From: an uncultured Candidatus Saccharibacteria bacterium
GTDB lineage: Bacteria > Patescibacteriota > Saccharimonadia > Saccharimonadales > 2-12-FULL-41-12
NCBI GenBank assembly: GCA_964521095.1
Contig: CAZFPJ010000002.1
Span: forward strand, 85,108 to 149,107
DNA: 64,000 nucleotides
Direction: 5' to 3'
The notes beneath the pieces were generated by a model. That model ran no database searches. It was not told the origin of the DNA and saw only the letters and a list, made by a program, of their open reading frames with translations. The translations under genes and the position numbers were made by a program. Every line of letters begins with the position of its first letter. Position 1 is the first letter of the stretch. Shown piece after piece: positions 6,471 to 15,935 of the stretch.

Positions 6471-9400
6471 CTAGAACCCAAACACTTTCTGGAGAGAGTT
6501 AAGGATGATTGTTAGCACACTGTCTGAAGCCCGCCCAATTATGGCAGATTGAGGTTCGCCCTGTCCGACATTGCCAGATTTATCTTTTGATAGTGGCTGA
6601 ATGCTGTAGACCCGTGATGTTGGCAGGTCGGAGACAATAACTATGTGTTCTGTGCCAAGGGCTACATCTTCGCTGGTTTTGTTGTTAAATACAGTTGTGT
6701 TAGATCCTTCGCCATAGGCTACTTGGCTAGAGGATGGTTCGTCGGTCTTCCAGGAGACTACTACTTGTCCACGAGCTTCTGCACCGGTGCCACGGATAGA
6801 TGTTTCGATTTGTACTTCACTAATTTTTGGTGGCCGGGTGTCGAGGGCCGTTTTGAATTGTTGGCGGTCTGATTCGGCTAGGTTGCCACTGCCATCACGA
6901 CTTTGGGCAATCAAGAAATATTCGCTATTATCTTCTAGGCCTCGCAAGATGAGTTTGTGATCGGTGGTTAGTTGAGAATCTTGAACATCGATACCAGCCT
7001 GGCCAACCTTGCCATAAGTTACCGTTGAAGTAGCAGGTACATTTGTAGTCCAGCTGACTTCTTGGGTGCTGGTTGGCTCTCCTGCTATTGGTTGGAATCG
7101 TAGGTCTAGTATCTTTGGTCGAGCAGGGGTGGTGAAGGAGGAAACACTGCCATCGTAAGAGTTGTCTTCTTTATCGTAGGCGACTAGTTTGTAGAAGTAT
7201 TTTGAGCCGTCCTCTAGGCCATCTATGCTAACTTCATAGGTTGACTCATAAGGCGAGGTGTTGATAGATTTTATGCCTCCAAAGCTTTCGCCTTTGCCGT
7301 ATAACACATCAATGCGACTAGCGTTTTTGCTGGTAAATCTAATAGAAGCATTTGCGAGCCCAACCTTTGAGGTGGTGATTTCTTTGAGCGATGGGGCAGG
7401 GGCAGTTTGGAAAGTAAATTCTTGGCTAGTACCTGTGTTGCCATCTTCGTCTGTCCACTTGGCAACATAGTAGTAGGTAGTGCCTGCGCTTAGGTTGTTT
7501 AGGTCTATTTGGTGCGAACTTACTTGGTCAGACGAGGCGATCTCTGAAGAACTATATTTTCCGCTGGCTGTCCCAATAGCTATCTTTGAGTCACTTGATC
7601 GGTCGGTACTCCAGCTGATGGTCGCTTTGCGGGTAGTTATGTTGGATACTTTTGGATCTGCAACCAGGGTTGCTGGAGAGGTGAATTTACCAGTTGGTAT
7701 CTGGTTGACTGTGGTGCTGTTAGACCCACAGTTGTTAGTGCTGTCACAAGCCGTTACTCGATAGTAGTATCTTTGCTGACTTAGGCCGGCGTCTATGTAG
7801 GTAGTGCTAGAGCTACTACCTACAAACGAGAAGCTGACATTGTTTGTAGAGCGGTATACCTTATAGCTAGATATGCCAGCACCGGTATAAGTTGGTGCAT
7901 CCCAAGTTAGAGCTAGGCGCCAGTTGTTGGTGGCCTTAATAGACACATCGACGATATCGGTATTTAGGGGTATACCTGGAGACGGAGTGTTGGCCGTAAA
8001 GTTGACGGACGAATAGCTACTGTAGTTGATGTTGTTGGACTCGTCTTTTGCAACAACATAGAGCGTATTAAGTCCAGGCTGGGTTGCATATGGCCCCGCC
8101 CCTAAACTAGTCGTGCCTCCGCTAGTAAAGGTACAGTTATTGGCGGACGGAAGGATGTTAACGGTGTAGCAATAGGTTATATTGTTGGCGTTACCAACAA
8201 AAGTAGCCGGCTGGTTCCAACTGAAAGAGAACGAGTTGGTGGTGTTAGTAGTTGGATTTGCTGTAACATTTTGCGGTTCGCTTGGGGCTCCAGAAGTATT
8301 GATTTTTATAGCTGCAGTTACATAAGAAGCCGTCACATTACCTGCTTGGTCCCATGTTCTGAAGTAGACGGTATTTACTCCCTCAGTCAGATTAGCGTGA
8401 TCCGGTGTCGTAATAGTTTGGTATGACCCGTCATTAGACAGCAGGTCATTCATGTCACCCGTACCGCTATGACTATCTCCGTACCAAACAGTGTTGCCGA
8501 TTTTATATTGGAGGCCGGCAAGCCCAGAGTTGGGGTCATCAGGTGCTCCACCGCCAGATGTTGGCCAAGTTAGCGTGACATCTTTGGTGTTAATAAACCC
8601 AGATGGCGCAGTAATGTAACTAGGGTTAGTTGGCGGGGTGTTGTCGAAGCGGAAGTGGAACTGAGTTGTGCCAGTAGTTACATTGCCAGCATTATCCATA
8701 GCTTTGATAGTGAGGTAATACGGTGAGTTGCCGGTTGCTAGAGCTGTTTGTATAGTGCCAGCAGTTGCTGTGTCTATGCTGTTAGTCTCTATTAGGAATT
8801 GACATCGTCCGCCATTATCGGCTGGACTGTTCCCCAGAATACCTTTTGTAGTAACCGGGTCGGCGGAGCCATCGGTTCCAAGGTAGAGGCAGTAGCCCTT
8901 TATGCCAGAGTCTGTATCGGTGCCTGCTGTCCAGGAGAAATATGGTGAGCTACCATTGGTCCAAGCATTTTGCGCCAAGCTAGAACCGCCAGACGCCTTG
9001 AGTGCTGTTATGTTGCTAGCGTTTGTGGCTGGCTCTACTAAATCAGAAGTTGAGGCTAGGGTTACGCTGTTTAGGGTTACGCGTTGGTCGCCATTGCTCT
9101 TTAATACAGCCTGCCACTTTATGCCACTAAGGGTGACAGGGAAGGTACTCATATTTGCGTCGGCTACCGATATGGGGTTGGCCTCGGTCGTGTTATTGGA
9201 ATCTGCCCAACTGCTACCATTCCAGAATTTCCAGGTGACCCCGTTATCGGCAGACAGTCGGTAAGTGATGTCGCCACCGTTAGCGGTTTCGTTGGCTGTA
9301 AGGTTATCCCAGTGCCAGACGCCGTTGATACGAACTGGGTTGTTGAGGGTTATGGTTTGGGCAGTTGTGCTGTATGGCTTGCTGTTGAAGCTCGGCCTTG

Positions 9401-12400
9401 CGATGTCACTAATCCGTACCTCGTCTAACTGCCCCTGGAAATATCCGCGTGATTTTCCTTGTTCTCGTCCACCCCAGCTAGCACCGACAAACATGTCTCG
9501 TGAGCTGTCTGGTATAGTTAAAGATTTAGCTTGCGACCCAACTTCGTTGCCATCGATGTACAGTTTCATAGTTGAGCCATTGTAGGTGGCTGCTACATGG
9601 TGCCAGCTAGTGTCAAAACTAGAGGTAGAGGACTGCACGAATCCATTGTCGCCCCAAGACCAGATAGAGTTATCTTCTGAGTTGCCACTAAGCCCGGTAC
9701 CGGCGTATAGTTTGCCTTTATAAGGACTCATTGACCTAACGGCTTCGACATTGCCATCCCAACCGTTATTCATGCTGTCACCACCAATTTGTGTCCAGGT
9801 GGAGCCATCAAACTGCCAAAGCTCTCCATCGCCAGCCGTTGTCCCTAGTCCGGCGTATAGTTTGCCATTGTATACAGCGAGCGAGTGGATATACTCGTAG
9901 GTGCCTGCACCCCAACTATTGTTAACCGATCCTGTACCGCCCCCAATTAGTTCCCAGCTAGAGCCGTCATAAGTCCATATTTCGGCATCCCCTGTACTGT
10001 CGCCAAGTCCTACTGCTAGTTTGTCACCAAAGTTAGTCATAGATCGTACGGTTTCATAGCTTGTATTCCAGCTAGAGCTAACTCCATCGCCACCAACTTT
10101 ATTCCAGGCACTTCCATTCCACCGCCAGACTTCGGCTTCTGTGGCCGAAGTGCCGATGCCGGCATAAAGCTCGCCATTATAAATACCTAGCGACGAAACC
10201 ATCTCGAAGTTGGCTGCCCAGCCATTATTTATGTTGTCACCGCCAATTTTATCCCACTGACTGCCGTCCCAAACCCATACTTCGGCGTCATTGGCCGAAG
10301 TGCCGATGCCGGCATATAATTTACCAGCATAAGACGCCATAGAGTAGACTCCTTCATAGTTGGCTGCCCAGCCATCGTTCATGCTGTCACCACCAATTTG
10401 CGTCCAGGTACTGCCATCCCACTTCCATACTTCGGCGTCATTGGCCGAAATTCCTAGCCCAACATACAGCTCGCCCCCTAGGCTAGCCATAGAGGTTACG
10501 GCTTCGTAAGAAAAAGCCCCCCAGCTATTGTTGACTCCTTGTCCGCCTATCATTTCCCAGTTGCTACCGTTGAATCGCCATACCAGGGCATTGCCTGCCG
10601 TAGCATAGCCGGATCCCGCATATAAATAATCTCCGACCCATTGCATGACCTCTACGCTTTGGAGATTGTAATATCCCCAACTTTTATTTATCCCATTACC
10701 ACCTATCTGTGTCCAGGCGGAGCCATTCCATGTCCACATTCGTCCAGTGCCAGCAGAGTCATAAGTTCCTGCATATACCGTGGAGCCACTACTACTTAAT
10801 GTAAATATTGCATCGCCTTCTGCTGTGTTCCAGCTAGAGTTCGCTCCATCACCTCCAACTTTATGCCAGATACTACCGTCCCATCGCCAGACCTCACCAT
10901 CCCCATCGCTACTGCCGAGACCTACAAATATATCTGTTCCATTGCTGGTGATGGAACTGACATACTCGTAGGTTGTGTTGGCCCAGCTAGAGTTAAGCGT
11001 ATCACCACCAATTTGTGTCCAGGTGGGCGAGCCACCATTGCAACCCGAACAGCGATATACATCGCCATCGCCGGCGCTGTCACCAGTACCTGCATATATA
11101 TAAGTGCCGTCATAGAACAGGCTTCGAACCATTTCGTAGTTAGCAGAAAAACCACTGCCGTTATCGGCAACCTTTGTCCACTGAGTGCCGTTCCATCGCC
11201 AGACCTCGGCTTCGTTAGCGGTAACCCCCAAGCCAACATATAGATTAGTGCCATCATTGGTCATAGAGTAGGCATATTCGTAGTTTGTTCCCCATCCAAG
11301 ATTAATGCTGTCACCACCAATTTTGCTCCAGCTGGAGCCATCCCATTTCCACACCTCGGCGTCGTTAGCACTTGCTCCTAGTCCGGCGTATAGATTTCCC
11401 CCAAAATAATCTAGCGAGTAGACACCCTCGTGTGTGCCAATACCCCAACTCCCTGGCGTATTGGCGTCACCACCAATTTTGCTCCAGCTACTACCATTCC
11501 ATCGCCAGACCTCTGCATCTCCGGCACCAGTACCGAGCCCCACAAAAACATTTGTGCCATCAGTTGCCATGCTTAACACATATTCATGTTCGCCAGACCA
11601 GCTAGAATTTACGCCGTCGCCCCCAATTTTACTCCAGGTGGAGCCACTATATTTGTATACTTCCGCATCTTTTGTGGCTACGCCGGTTCCAGCGTATACA
11701 TCACTACCGACCGTCACAGATGAGGATACGGCGTTTTTGCCATTTAAGCCCCAGCTACCGTTAACATCGTCGCCAGCGGATTTAGTCCAGCCGGTAGCTG
11801 AATTATTGGCAAGCTCGTAAGTTAGCTTGCCTGTTTCATTGTCAAAATACATCTGGTAGTCGCCTTTATCTACTATTGCCTGGCGTTGTTCGTGCGAGCC
11901 AGCTGAGAAGTTGGAGCTAAATTTAGTCCAACCTTCAATTGTATTGTTTTGCGAAAGTGAAAGAGAGGGCGAATCGGGCACAGATATCTTTGAGGTAGTG
12001 CCATTTAGGCCTAGAGCATTATTTAAGTTACCTGTTTGCCAACTCTCGTCTTTAACCGTTCCATCATTGTTGTTGGTGGAGCTGTCATGAACAGTAGTTC
12101 CGCTCGATTCATCTAGGTGAAAGAGGGCTTTGGTGTTAGCATCGTCAGAATAGTTCTGGGCCTTCATGCGCACGCTGTTACCACTGATCTCTAAGCCATC
12201 ATCTAGGCTATATTGGCTAGGGGTAGAAAAGTCCCAGTTGTCAAAAAGGTCAGATGCAGCCAAGACTCTAGATAGAGAGGCAAATAACATTGATCCGATG
12301 ACAATCATGTATACGCCAAATACTGCATAATGCACTCGCTTGTGTTTGTCCCACTCGTGCCAGGTTTTGTATTTAGAGTATTTATTGGACAAATGCAGAT

Positions 12401-12608
12401 GTGGTTTGTGGGCCAAGTAGTGATGCCAGTATTTGTACCATCGCTTAAGCATTATAGAGGTCCTACGCAAGGAGTAACGAGAAATTTTACTACCGTATAT
12501 CGTTACCCAAACGGTAAATTGAATAGCCAAACGAATAAATATCGCAGAATATTTTAGCAATAATCCCCACGATTTTTGAGCTACTAGTAAAAATTTTTGT
12601 CTCGACAT
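6471..12608 (-). CDS. giant membrane-anchored surface protein (LamG/ConA-like domain with nested beta-propeller repeats, then FN3/Ig-like domains)
   Basis: 2045-aa ORF. It has a basic W/H/K/Y-rich N-tail and a TM segment at about aa 93-117. LamG_3-like sequence is split into aa ~160-270 and ~1000-1072. About 14 repeats of ~50 aa follow the pattern AEVWxWxGSxWxxIGGDxxNxxW. The C-terminal half contains multiple FN3-like modules. The true start may be an internal Met (aa 53). Confidence 0.85.
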   Translation of the reverse strand: MSRQKFLLVAQKSWGLLLKYSAIFIRLAIQFTVWVTIYGSKISRYSLRRTSIMLKRWYKYWHHYLAHKPHLHLSNKYSKYKTWHEWDKHKRVHYAVFGVYMIVIGSMLFASLSRVLAASDLFDNWDFSTPSQYSLDDGLEISGNSVRMKAQNYSDDANTKALFHLDESSGTTVHDSSTNNNDGTVKDESWQTGNLNNALGLNGTTSKISVPDSPSLSLSQNNTIEGWTKFSSNFSAGSHEQRQAIVDKGDYQMYFDNETGKLTYELANNSATGWTKSAGDDVNGSWGLNGKNAVSSSVTVGSDVYAGTGVATKDAEVYKYSGSTWSKIGGDGVNSSWSGEHEYVLSMATDGTNVFVGLGTGAGDAEVWRWNGSSWSKIGGDANTPGSWGIGTHEGVYSLDYFGGNLYAGLGASANDAEVWKWDGSSWSKIGGDSINLGWGTNYEYAYSMTNDGTNLYVGLGVTANEAEVWRWNGTQWTKVADNGSGFSANYEMVRSLFYDGTYIYAGTGDSAGDGDVYRCSGCNGGSPTWTQIGGDTLNSSWANTTYEYVSSITSNGTDIFVGLGSSDGDGEVWRWDGSIWHKVGGDGANSSWNTAEGDAIFTLSSSGSTVYAGTYDSAGTGRMWTWNGSAWTQIGGNGINKSWGYYNLQSVEVMQWVGDYLYAGSGYATAGNALVWRFNGSNWEMIGGQGVNNSWGAFSYEAVTSMASLGGELYVGLGISANDAEVWKWDGSTWTQIGGDSMNDGWAANYEGVYSMASYAGKLYAGIGTSANDAEVWVWDGSQWDKIGGDNINNGWAANFEMVSSLGIYNGELYAGIGTSATEAEVWRWNGSAWNKVGGDGVSSSWNTSYETVRSMTNFGDKLAVGLGDSTGDAEIWTYDGSSWELIGGGTGSVNNSWGAGTYEYIHSLAVYNGKLYAGLGTTAGDGELWQFDGSTWTQIGGDSMNNGWDGNVEAVRSMSPYKGKLYAGTGLSGNSEDNSIWSWGDNGFVQSSTSSFDTSWHHVAATYNGSTMKLYIDGNEVGSQAKSLTIPDSSRDMFVGASWGGREQGKSRGYFQGQLDEVRISDIARPSFNSKPYSTTAQTITLNNPVRINGVWHWDNLTANETANGGDITYRLSADNGVTWKFWNGSSWADSNNTTEANPISVADANMSTFPVTLSGIKWQAVLKSNGDQRVTLNSVTLASTSDLVEPATNASNITALKASGGSSLAQNAWTNGSSPYFSWTAGTDTDSGIKGYCLYLGTDGSADPVTTKGILGNSPADNGGRCQFLIETNSIDTATAGTIQTALATGNSPYYLTIKAMDNAGNVTTGTTQFHFRFDNTPPTNPSYITAPSGFINTKDVTLTWPTSGGGAPDDPNSGLAGLQYKIGNTVWYGDSHSGTGDMNDLLSNDGSYQTITTPDHANLTEGVNTVYFRTWDQAGNVTASYVTAAIKINTSGAPSEPQNVTANPTTNTTNSFSFSWNQPATFVGNANNITYCYTVNILPSANNCTFTSGGTTSLGAGPYATQPGLNTLYVVAKDESNNINYSSYSSVNFTANTPSPGIPLNTDIVDVSIKATNNWRLALTWDAPTYTGAGISSYKVYRSTNNVSFSFVGSSSSTTYIDAGLSQQRYYYRVTACDSTNNCGSNSTTVNQIPTGKFTSPATLVADPKVSNITTRKATISWSTDRSSDSKIAIGTASGKYSSSEIASSDQVSSHQIDLNNLSAGTTYYYVAKWTDEDGNTGTSQEFTFQTAPAPSLKEITTSKVGLANASIRFTSKNASRIDVLYGKGESFGGIKSINTSPYESTYEVSIDGLEDGSKYFYKLVAYDKEDNSYDGSVSSFTTPARPKILDLRFQPIAGEPTSTQEVSWTTNVPATSTVTYGKVGQAGIDVQDSQLTTDHKLILRGLEDNSEYFLIAQSRDGSGNLAESDRQQFKTALDTRPPKISEVQIETSIRGTGAEARGQVVVSWKTDEPSSSQVAYGEGSNTTVFNNKTSEDVALGTEHIVIVSDLPTSRVYSIQPLSKDKSGNVGQGEPQSAIIGRASDSVLTIILNSLQKVFGF
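9639..11795 (-). repeat. coding tandem repeats (~150-nt period, ~14 units) inside the giant gene
   Basis: Recurrent W-x-W-x-G-S-x-W..IGGD blades at aa 318, 368, 420, 470, 518, 574, 625, 677, 728, 778, 828, 878, 931 and 983. Some blades share DNA strings, e.g. GGCCGAAGTGCCGATGCCGGCATA at ~10143 and ~10293. Confidence 0.8.
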
Positions 12609-12725
12609 GAAGTCTCTATCGGATACCCCTAATGTAAACTTGCCTCATATTATATTATAAAACACCTAGCATAATCAATTTAGGTTACTCAGTTTTTGCC
12701 GATAATCTAACAGATTGGTTGTTGG

Positions 12726-13280
12726 CTAGGTTCGTCGAAGGATGTACTTACTGGTAGCGACAACCGCAATCTCGTTTATAGCAAAGATTTCTCGTCTTAT
12801 TTTTTCAGAGACAGGGTCAACTGTTAGCATAGTTGTATCATGCTTTTGATAGACTTTCCCGCCAGCTTGACTGATCTCTACCAGATCTAAGCCCAGTGGT
12901 CTGGCATATGGATAAAAATCTCCCTGGTTGCTCATAATACTTATTCCTCGTAGCTCTTCATCTCTGTTTTCTTGTAACCTAGAGTTGGTTTCTAGGGATA
13001 GTTTGATCAGGCTAACGATTAGTGCCGAGCCCTGTACGGCTATTCTTGGCTCGGGTCCCTTGCGAGGGTCATAGTAAAAGAGATCTTGATTTTCGCTAGT
13101 AATTTTTAGCTTTAACGGATCTGCGCCCGACGAAGGGTCAAGCCTATTTCGGTTATCAAGTAGGCCATATTCTTCAGTTGGCTCTGGCTCGAGTTGTCCA
13201 ACTAGCTCCAAAGCGAAGTTTTTTGAGGTAATCTTGTCTAGGTTGGCGGATGGTGGCCGATGAACCTCTCTGTGCTCCAT
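12726..13280 (-). CDS. hypothetical protein
   Basis: 184-aa ORF with no recognisable motif. Confidence 0.5.
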   Translation of the reverse strand: MEHREVHRPPSANLDKITSKNFALELVGQLEPEPTEEYGLLDNRNRLDPSSGADPLKLKITSENQDLFYYDPRKGPEPRIAVQGSALIVSLIKLSLETNSRLQENRDEELRGISIMSNQGDFYPYARPLGLDLVEISQAGGKVYQKHDTTMLTVDPVSEKIRREIFAINEIAVVATSKYILRRT

Positions 13281-13324
13281 ATGTATTAATAATCTAATAA
13301 AGTGGGCGTATGAGTCAAATTAAT

Positions 13325-14086
13325 TTAATAAACTCGGAAAATAAGGTAGCCCACGGATGTAAGTCCTATGCAGATTATTGTTAATCGGATAACTCTGGAC
13401 GAAAATCTTTGAGCAACCCTAGCTCCAACATAACCACCGACACCAGTGCCAATTGCCAGCATTAAAGCCACCCTCCAATTTATGAGTCCTGACGGGATGA
13501 GTACGGTGGCTGTCGTAATAGCTATAGTGCAAGTTCCTATATTTTTAACAGCCGTTAACCTGTGTATGTTGTTCATGTTGCCCAATCCCAATAGGGTCAG
13601 TAGCATGAATCCAAAGCCAATCCCAAAGTAGCCTCCATAAATAGCTAAGGGTAGGAGTGTGATTCCTATCAAAGTCAGGGATGATATTTTTTGTCGTTTA
13701 GATTTTAAGTGTAGGTGGACTCGAAAATGCAGAAAAGGCTCGATAATAAAAAGACCAACCACAAAAAGGAGCAACAAGGGTAGTAGACTTTTAAATTTTT
13801 CTGGTGAAGTTTCGGTTAAAAAGTAAGCTCCTATACTTGCCCCAATACTCAACGGAATTAGTAGTATCAAGAAAGAATTTGGGATTGTTCTAATATATTT
13901 TTGATAACCAATTAACGCGCCTATTTGCCCAGGAATTACAGCCACACTGCTCGTAGCGTTGGCTACAATGGGAGGTATCCCCAGCGCCAACATAACAGGA
14001 AAGCCAAACAGCATACCACCACCAGCAATCGAGTTCATGCCACCAACAGCAACGCCCACCAGTAATAACAAGATGTCTGTGCTCAT
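13325..14086 (-). CDS. TauE/SafE (TSUP, DUF81) family anion exporter
   Basis: Polytopic Gly-rich membrane protein (VGGMNSIAGGGMLFGFPVMLALG). I moved the start to ATG 14086 (MSTDILLL), which forms an ATGA overlap with the upstream NUDIX stop. The track ORF extends to 14185. Confidence 0.75.
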   Translation of the reverse strand: MSTDILLLLVGVAVGGMNSIAGGGMLFGFPVMLALGIPPIVANATSSVAVIPGQIGALIGYQKYIRTIPNSFLILLIPLSIGASIGAYFLTETSPEKFKSLLPLLLLFVVGLFIIEPFLHFRVHLHLKSKRQKISSLTLIGITLLPLAIYGGYFGIGFGFMLLTLLGLGNMNNIHRLTAVKNIGTCTIAITTATVLIPSGLINWRVALMLAIGTGVGGYVGARVAQRFSSRVIRLTIICIGLTSVGYLIFRVY

Positions 14087-14490
14087 GCAAATAGTTCCGG
14101 TTTCGCCTCTTTCAAGTTTTGCCAGCAAGGTTCGAAGAGTGGAGAGGGCAGTGTTTGGAATGTTTGCCACCTTTGGTCTACCCACTTGTCTGGTTCGGTA
14201 ATTTTAGGCTCTCCACTTACCCAATTGCACTCAACCCAAATTGTCACATAGTGCTTATTGTCATCAGTGAATAGATCGTTTGTGGCAGCCAAAAACTTCA
14301 CATCGTCGACGCTTAAACCTGTTTCTTCTAAAACCTCTCGTTTTGCACAGTCCTCCCACGACTCACCAAATTCTAGATGTCCACCTGGTATACTCCAGGT
14401 GTCATGACCATGCGAACCCCGTCGTTTGCCCATTAGGAACTTGTCGCCTTTCCAGACAAATACGCCGATACCAACTCGAGGGTAGCTCAT
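14083..14490 (-). CDS. NUDIX hydrolase (MutT-like)
   Basis: Nudix box GGHLEFGESWEDCAKREVLEETGL. Confidence 0.85.
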   Translation of the reverse strand: MSYPRVGIGVFVWKGDKFLMGKRRGSHGHDTWSIPGGHLEFGESWEDCAKREVLEETGLSVDDVKFLAATNDLFTDDNKHYVTIWVECNWVSGEPKITEPDKWVDQRWQTFQTLPSPLFEPCWQNLKEAKPELFA

Positions 14491-15029
14491 ATAAATCTCA
14501 CAATCTCGGCGTTCTTGAAAGATTTCCCTCTTAGTCCTAGAGGGGCGTTGTTGACTTGTCTCCTTATGGCTCTGCCGATCGCCCCATGTGCCACAATTAC
14601 AACTGTCTCTTGGGGTAGAGTATAAATGTATTCTAGAATTTCTGTTGCCCGTTCTTGTAAGTTTTGCAGACTTTCTACTCCTTCGTAGGAATCAATAGAA
14701 GATTCGTCGACAACATATCTGGTTGTTGCTACTAGATCTTTTCTGCCTTCCAGGATTCCAAAGTCACGCTCTATGAGTTTGTCGTGCAGTAATATCGAAG
14801 ATATATCGTAGTCTAGCTCGTTTGCAATATGCTTGGCTGTATCGTGGGCCCTCGTTAACGGCGATGCGACAATCATGCCTATGGATAGTCCTTGCTTCTT
14901 TAGTTTTCTTCCAGCTTGCTTGGCCTGGCTTTTGCCAAGCTCGGTTAGTGGAGCATCAGATGATCCCGACCATTTTTTTGCTTTATTAAATTCACTTTCG
15001 CCGTGACGAATAAAATATAAAGTTTTCAT
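14487..15029 (-). CDS. histidine phosphatase family protein (phosphoglycerate-mutase-like)
   Basis: N-terminal LYFIRHGESEFN (RHGE motif) and SPLTRAHDTA. 4-nt overlap with the downstream gene. Confidence 0.85.
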   Translation of the reverse strand: MKTLYFIRHGESEFNKAKKWSGSSDAPLTELGKSQAKQAGRKLKKQGLSIGMIVASPLTRAHDTAKHIANELDYDISSILLHDKLIERDFGILEGRKDLVATTRYVVDESSIDSYEGVESLQNLQERATEILEYIYTLPQETVVIVAHGAIGRAIRRQVNNAPLGLRGKSFKNAEIVRFI

Positions 15030-15048
15030 ATACTGATACCATTATAGT

Positions 15049-15924
15049 GTGGAAATAAATCTTGAGCCAGGCAGATATGTTGTTGCCGTTTCGGGCGGAG
15101 TTGATTCCGTGGTTTTGCTAGATATGCTGTCGAAAAAAGCCAAGCTTGATTTGGTGGTTGCTCATTTTGACCATGGTATCCGAGAGGATTCGTTCGAAGA
15201 TAAGATTTTTGTTGAAGAGCTAGCGCATAGATACGGACTGGAATTTATTGGCCAGACAGTTTCGTTGGGTCCAAGCGCAAGCGAGGATGAGGCCAGAAAC
15301 GCACGGTATAAGTTTTTGTTTCATACAATGAAAGAGTACGGTGCGGATGCTATAGTTACCGCTCATCATCAAGACGATTTAGTCGAGACTATCTTTTTAA
15401 ATGTTCTACGAGGTACAGGCAGGAGAGGATTGAGCCCAATGACCCGAACGGGGATACTTCGTCCGTTACTCGAGTATCCTAAGGCTAAAATTTTAGAGTA
15501 CGCCAAGCAAAATAACTTGGCTTGGCGCGAAGACAGCACAAATCAGGATACCAAATATCTGCGGAACTACTTACGCCTAGAAGTGCTCCCCAAGCTAGAC
15601 GAAAACGCCAAGAGCAGTTTGATCAACCTGTCTAAAAGAAATAATCAAAGCAATCAAGAGCTAGACTTGATTATAGAAAATCTACTTCAGTCAGATGGCG
15701 ATGTGCCTCGGCAGTGGTTTGTTGGTCTGCCTCATGCCGTAGCTAAGGAGATTGTCGGCTCAGTACTAAGGGCCCAGGATATTTCTCTGAGCAAGAAACA
15801 GATAGAGAGCTTGGCTACAAAACTCAAAGTAGCCCGCTTAAATAGCAGGATCGACATTGCCAAGAATAAACAATTTGTAATTGGCAAAAAGACTATTCGC
15901 ATCATAGACACTTCATCTGTATAA
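15049..15924 (+). CDS. tilS: tRNA(Ile)-lysidine synthase
   Basis: PP-loop VAVSGGVDSVVLLDML. GTG start. Sits directly upstream of ftsH, a common arrangement. Confidence 0.85.
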   Translation: MEINLEPGRYVVAVSGGVDSVVLLDMLSKKAKLDLVVAHFDHGIREDSFEDKIFVEELAHRYGLEFIGQTVSLGPSASEDEARNARYKFLFHTMKEYGADAIVTAHHQDDLVETIFLNVLRGTGRRGLSPMTRTGILRPLLEYPKAKILEYAKQNNLAWREDSTNQDTKYLRNYLRLEVLPKLDENAKSSLINLSKRNNQSNQELDLIIENLLQSDGDVPRQWFVGLPHAVAKEIVGSVLRAQDISLSKKQIESLATKLKVARLNSRIDIAKNKQFVIGKKTIRIIDTSSV

Positions 15925-15935
15925 TAAGACGATAC

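Noticed and set aside
9639-11795. Periodic ~150-nt DNA repeats considered as a CRISPR array or satellite
   Set aside because: They lie inside one long ORF and are imperfect. They correspond to protein blades (WxWxGSxW..IGGD), with no conserved short direct repeat and spacer structure.
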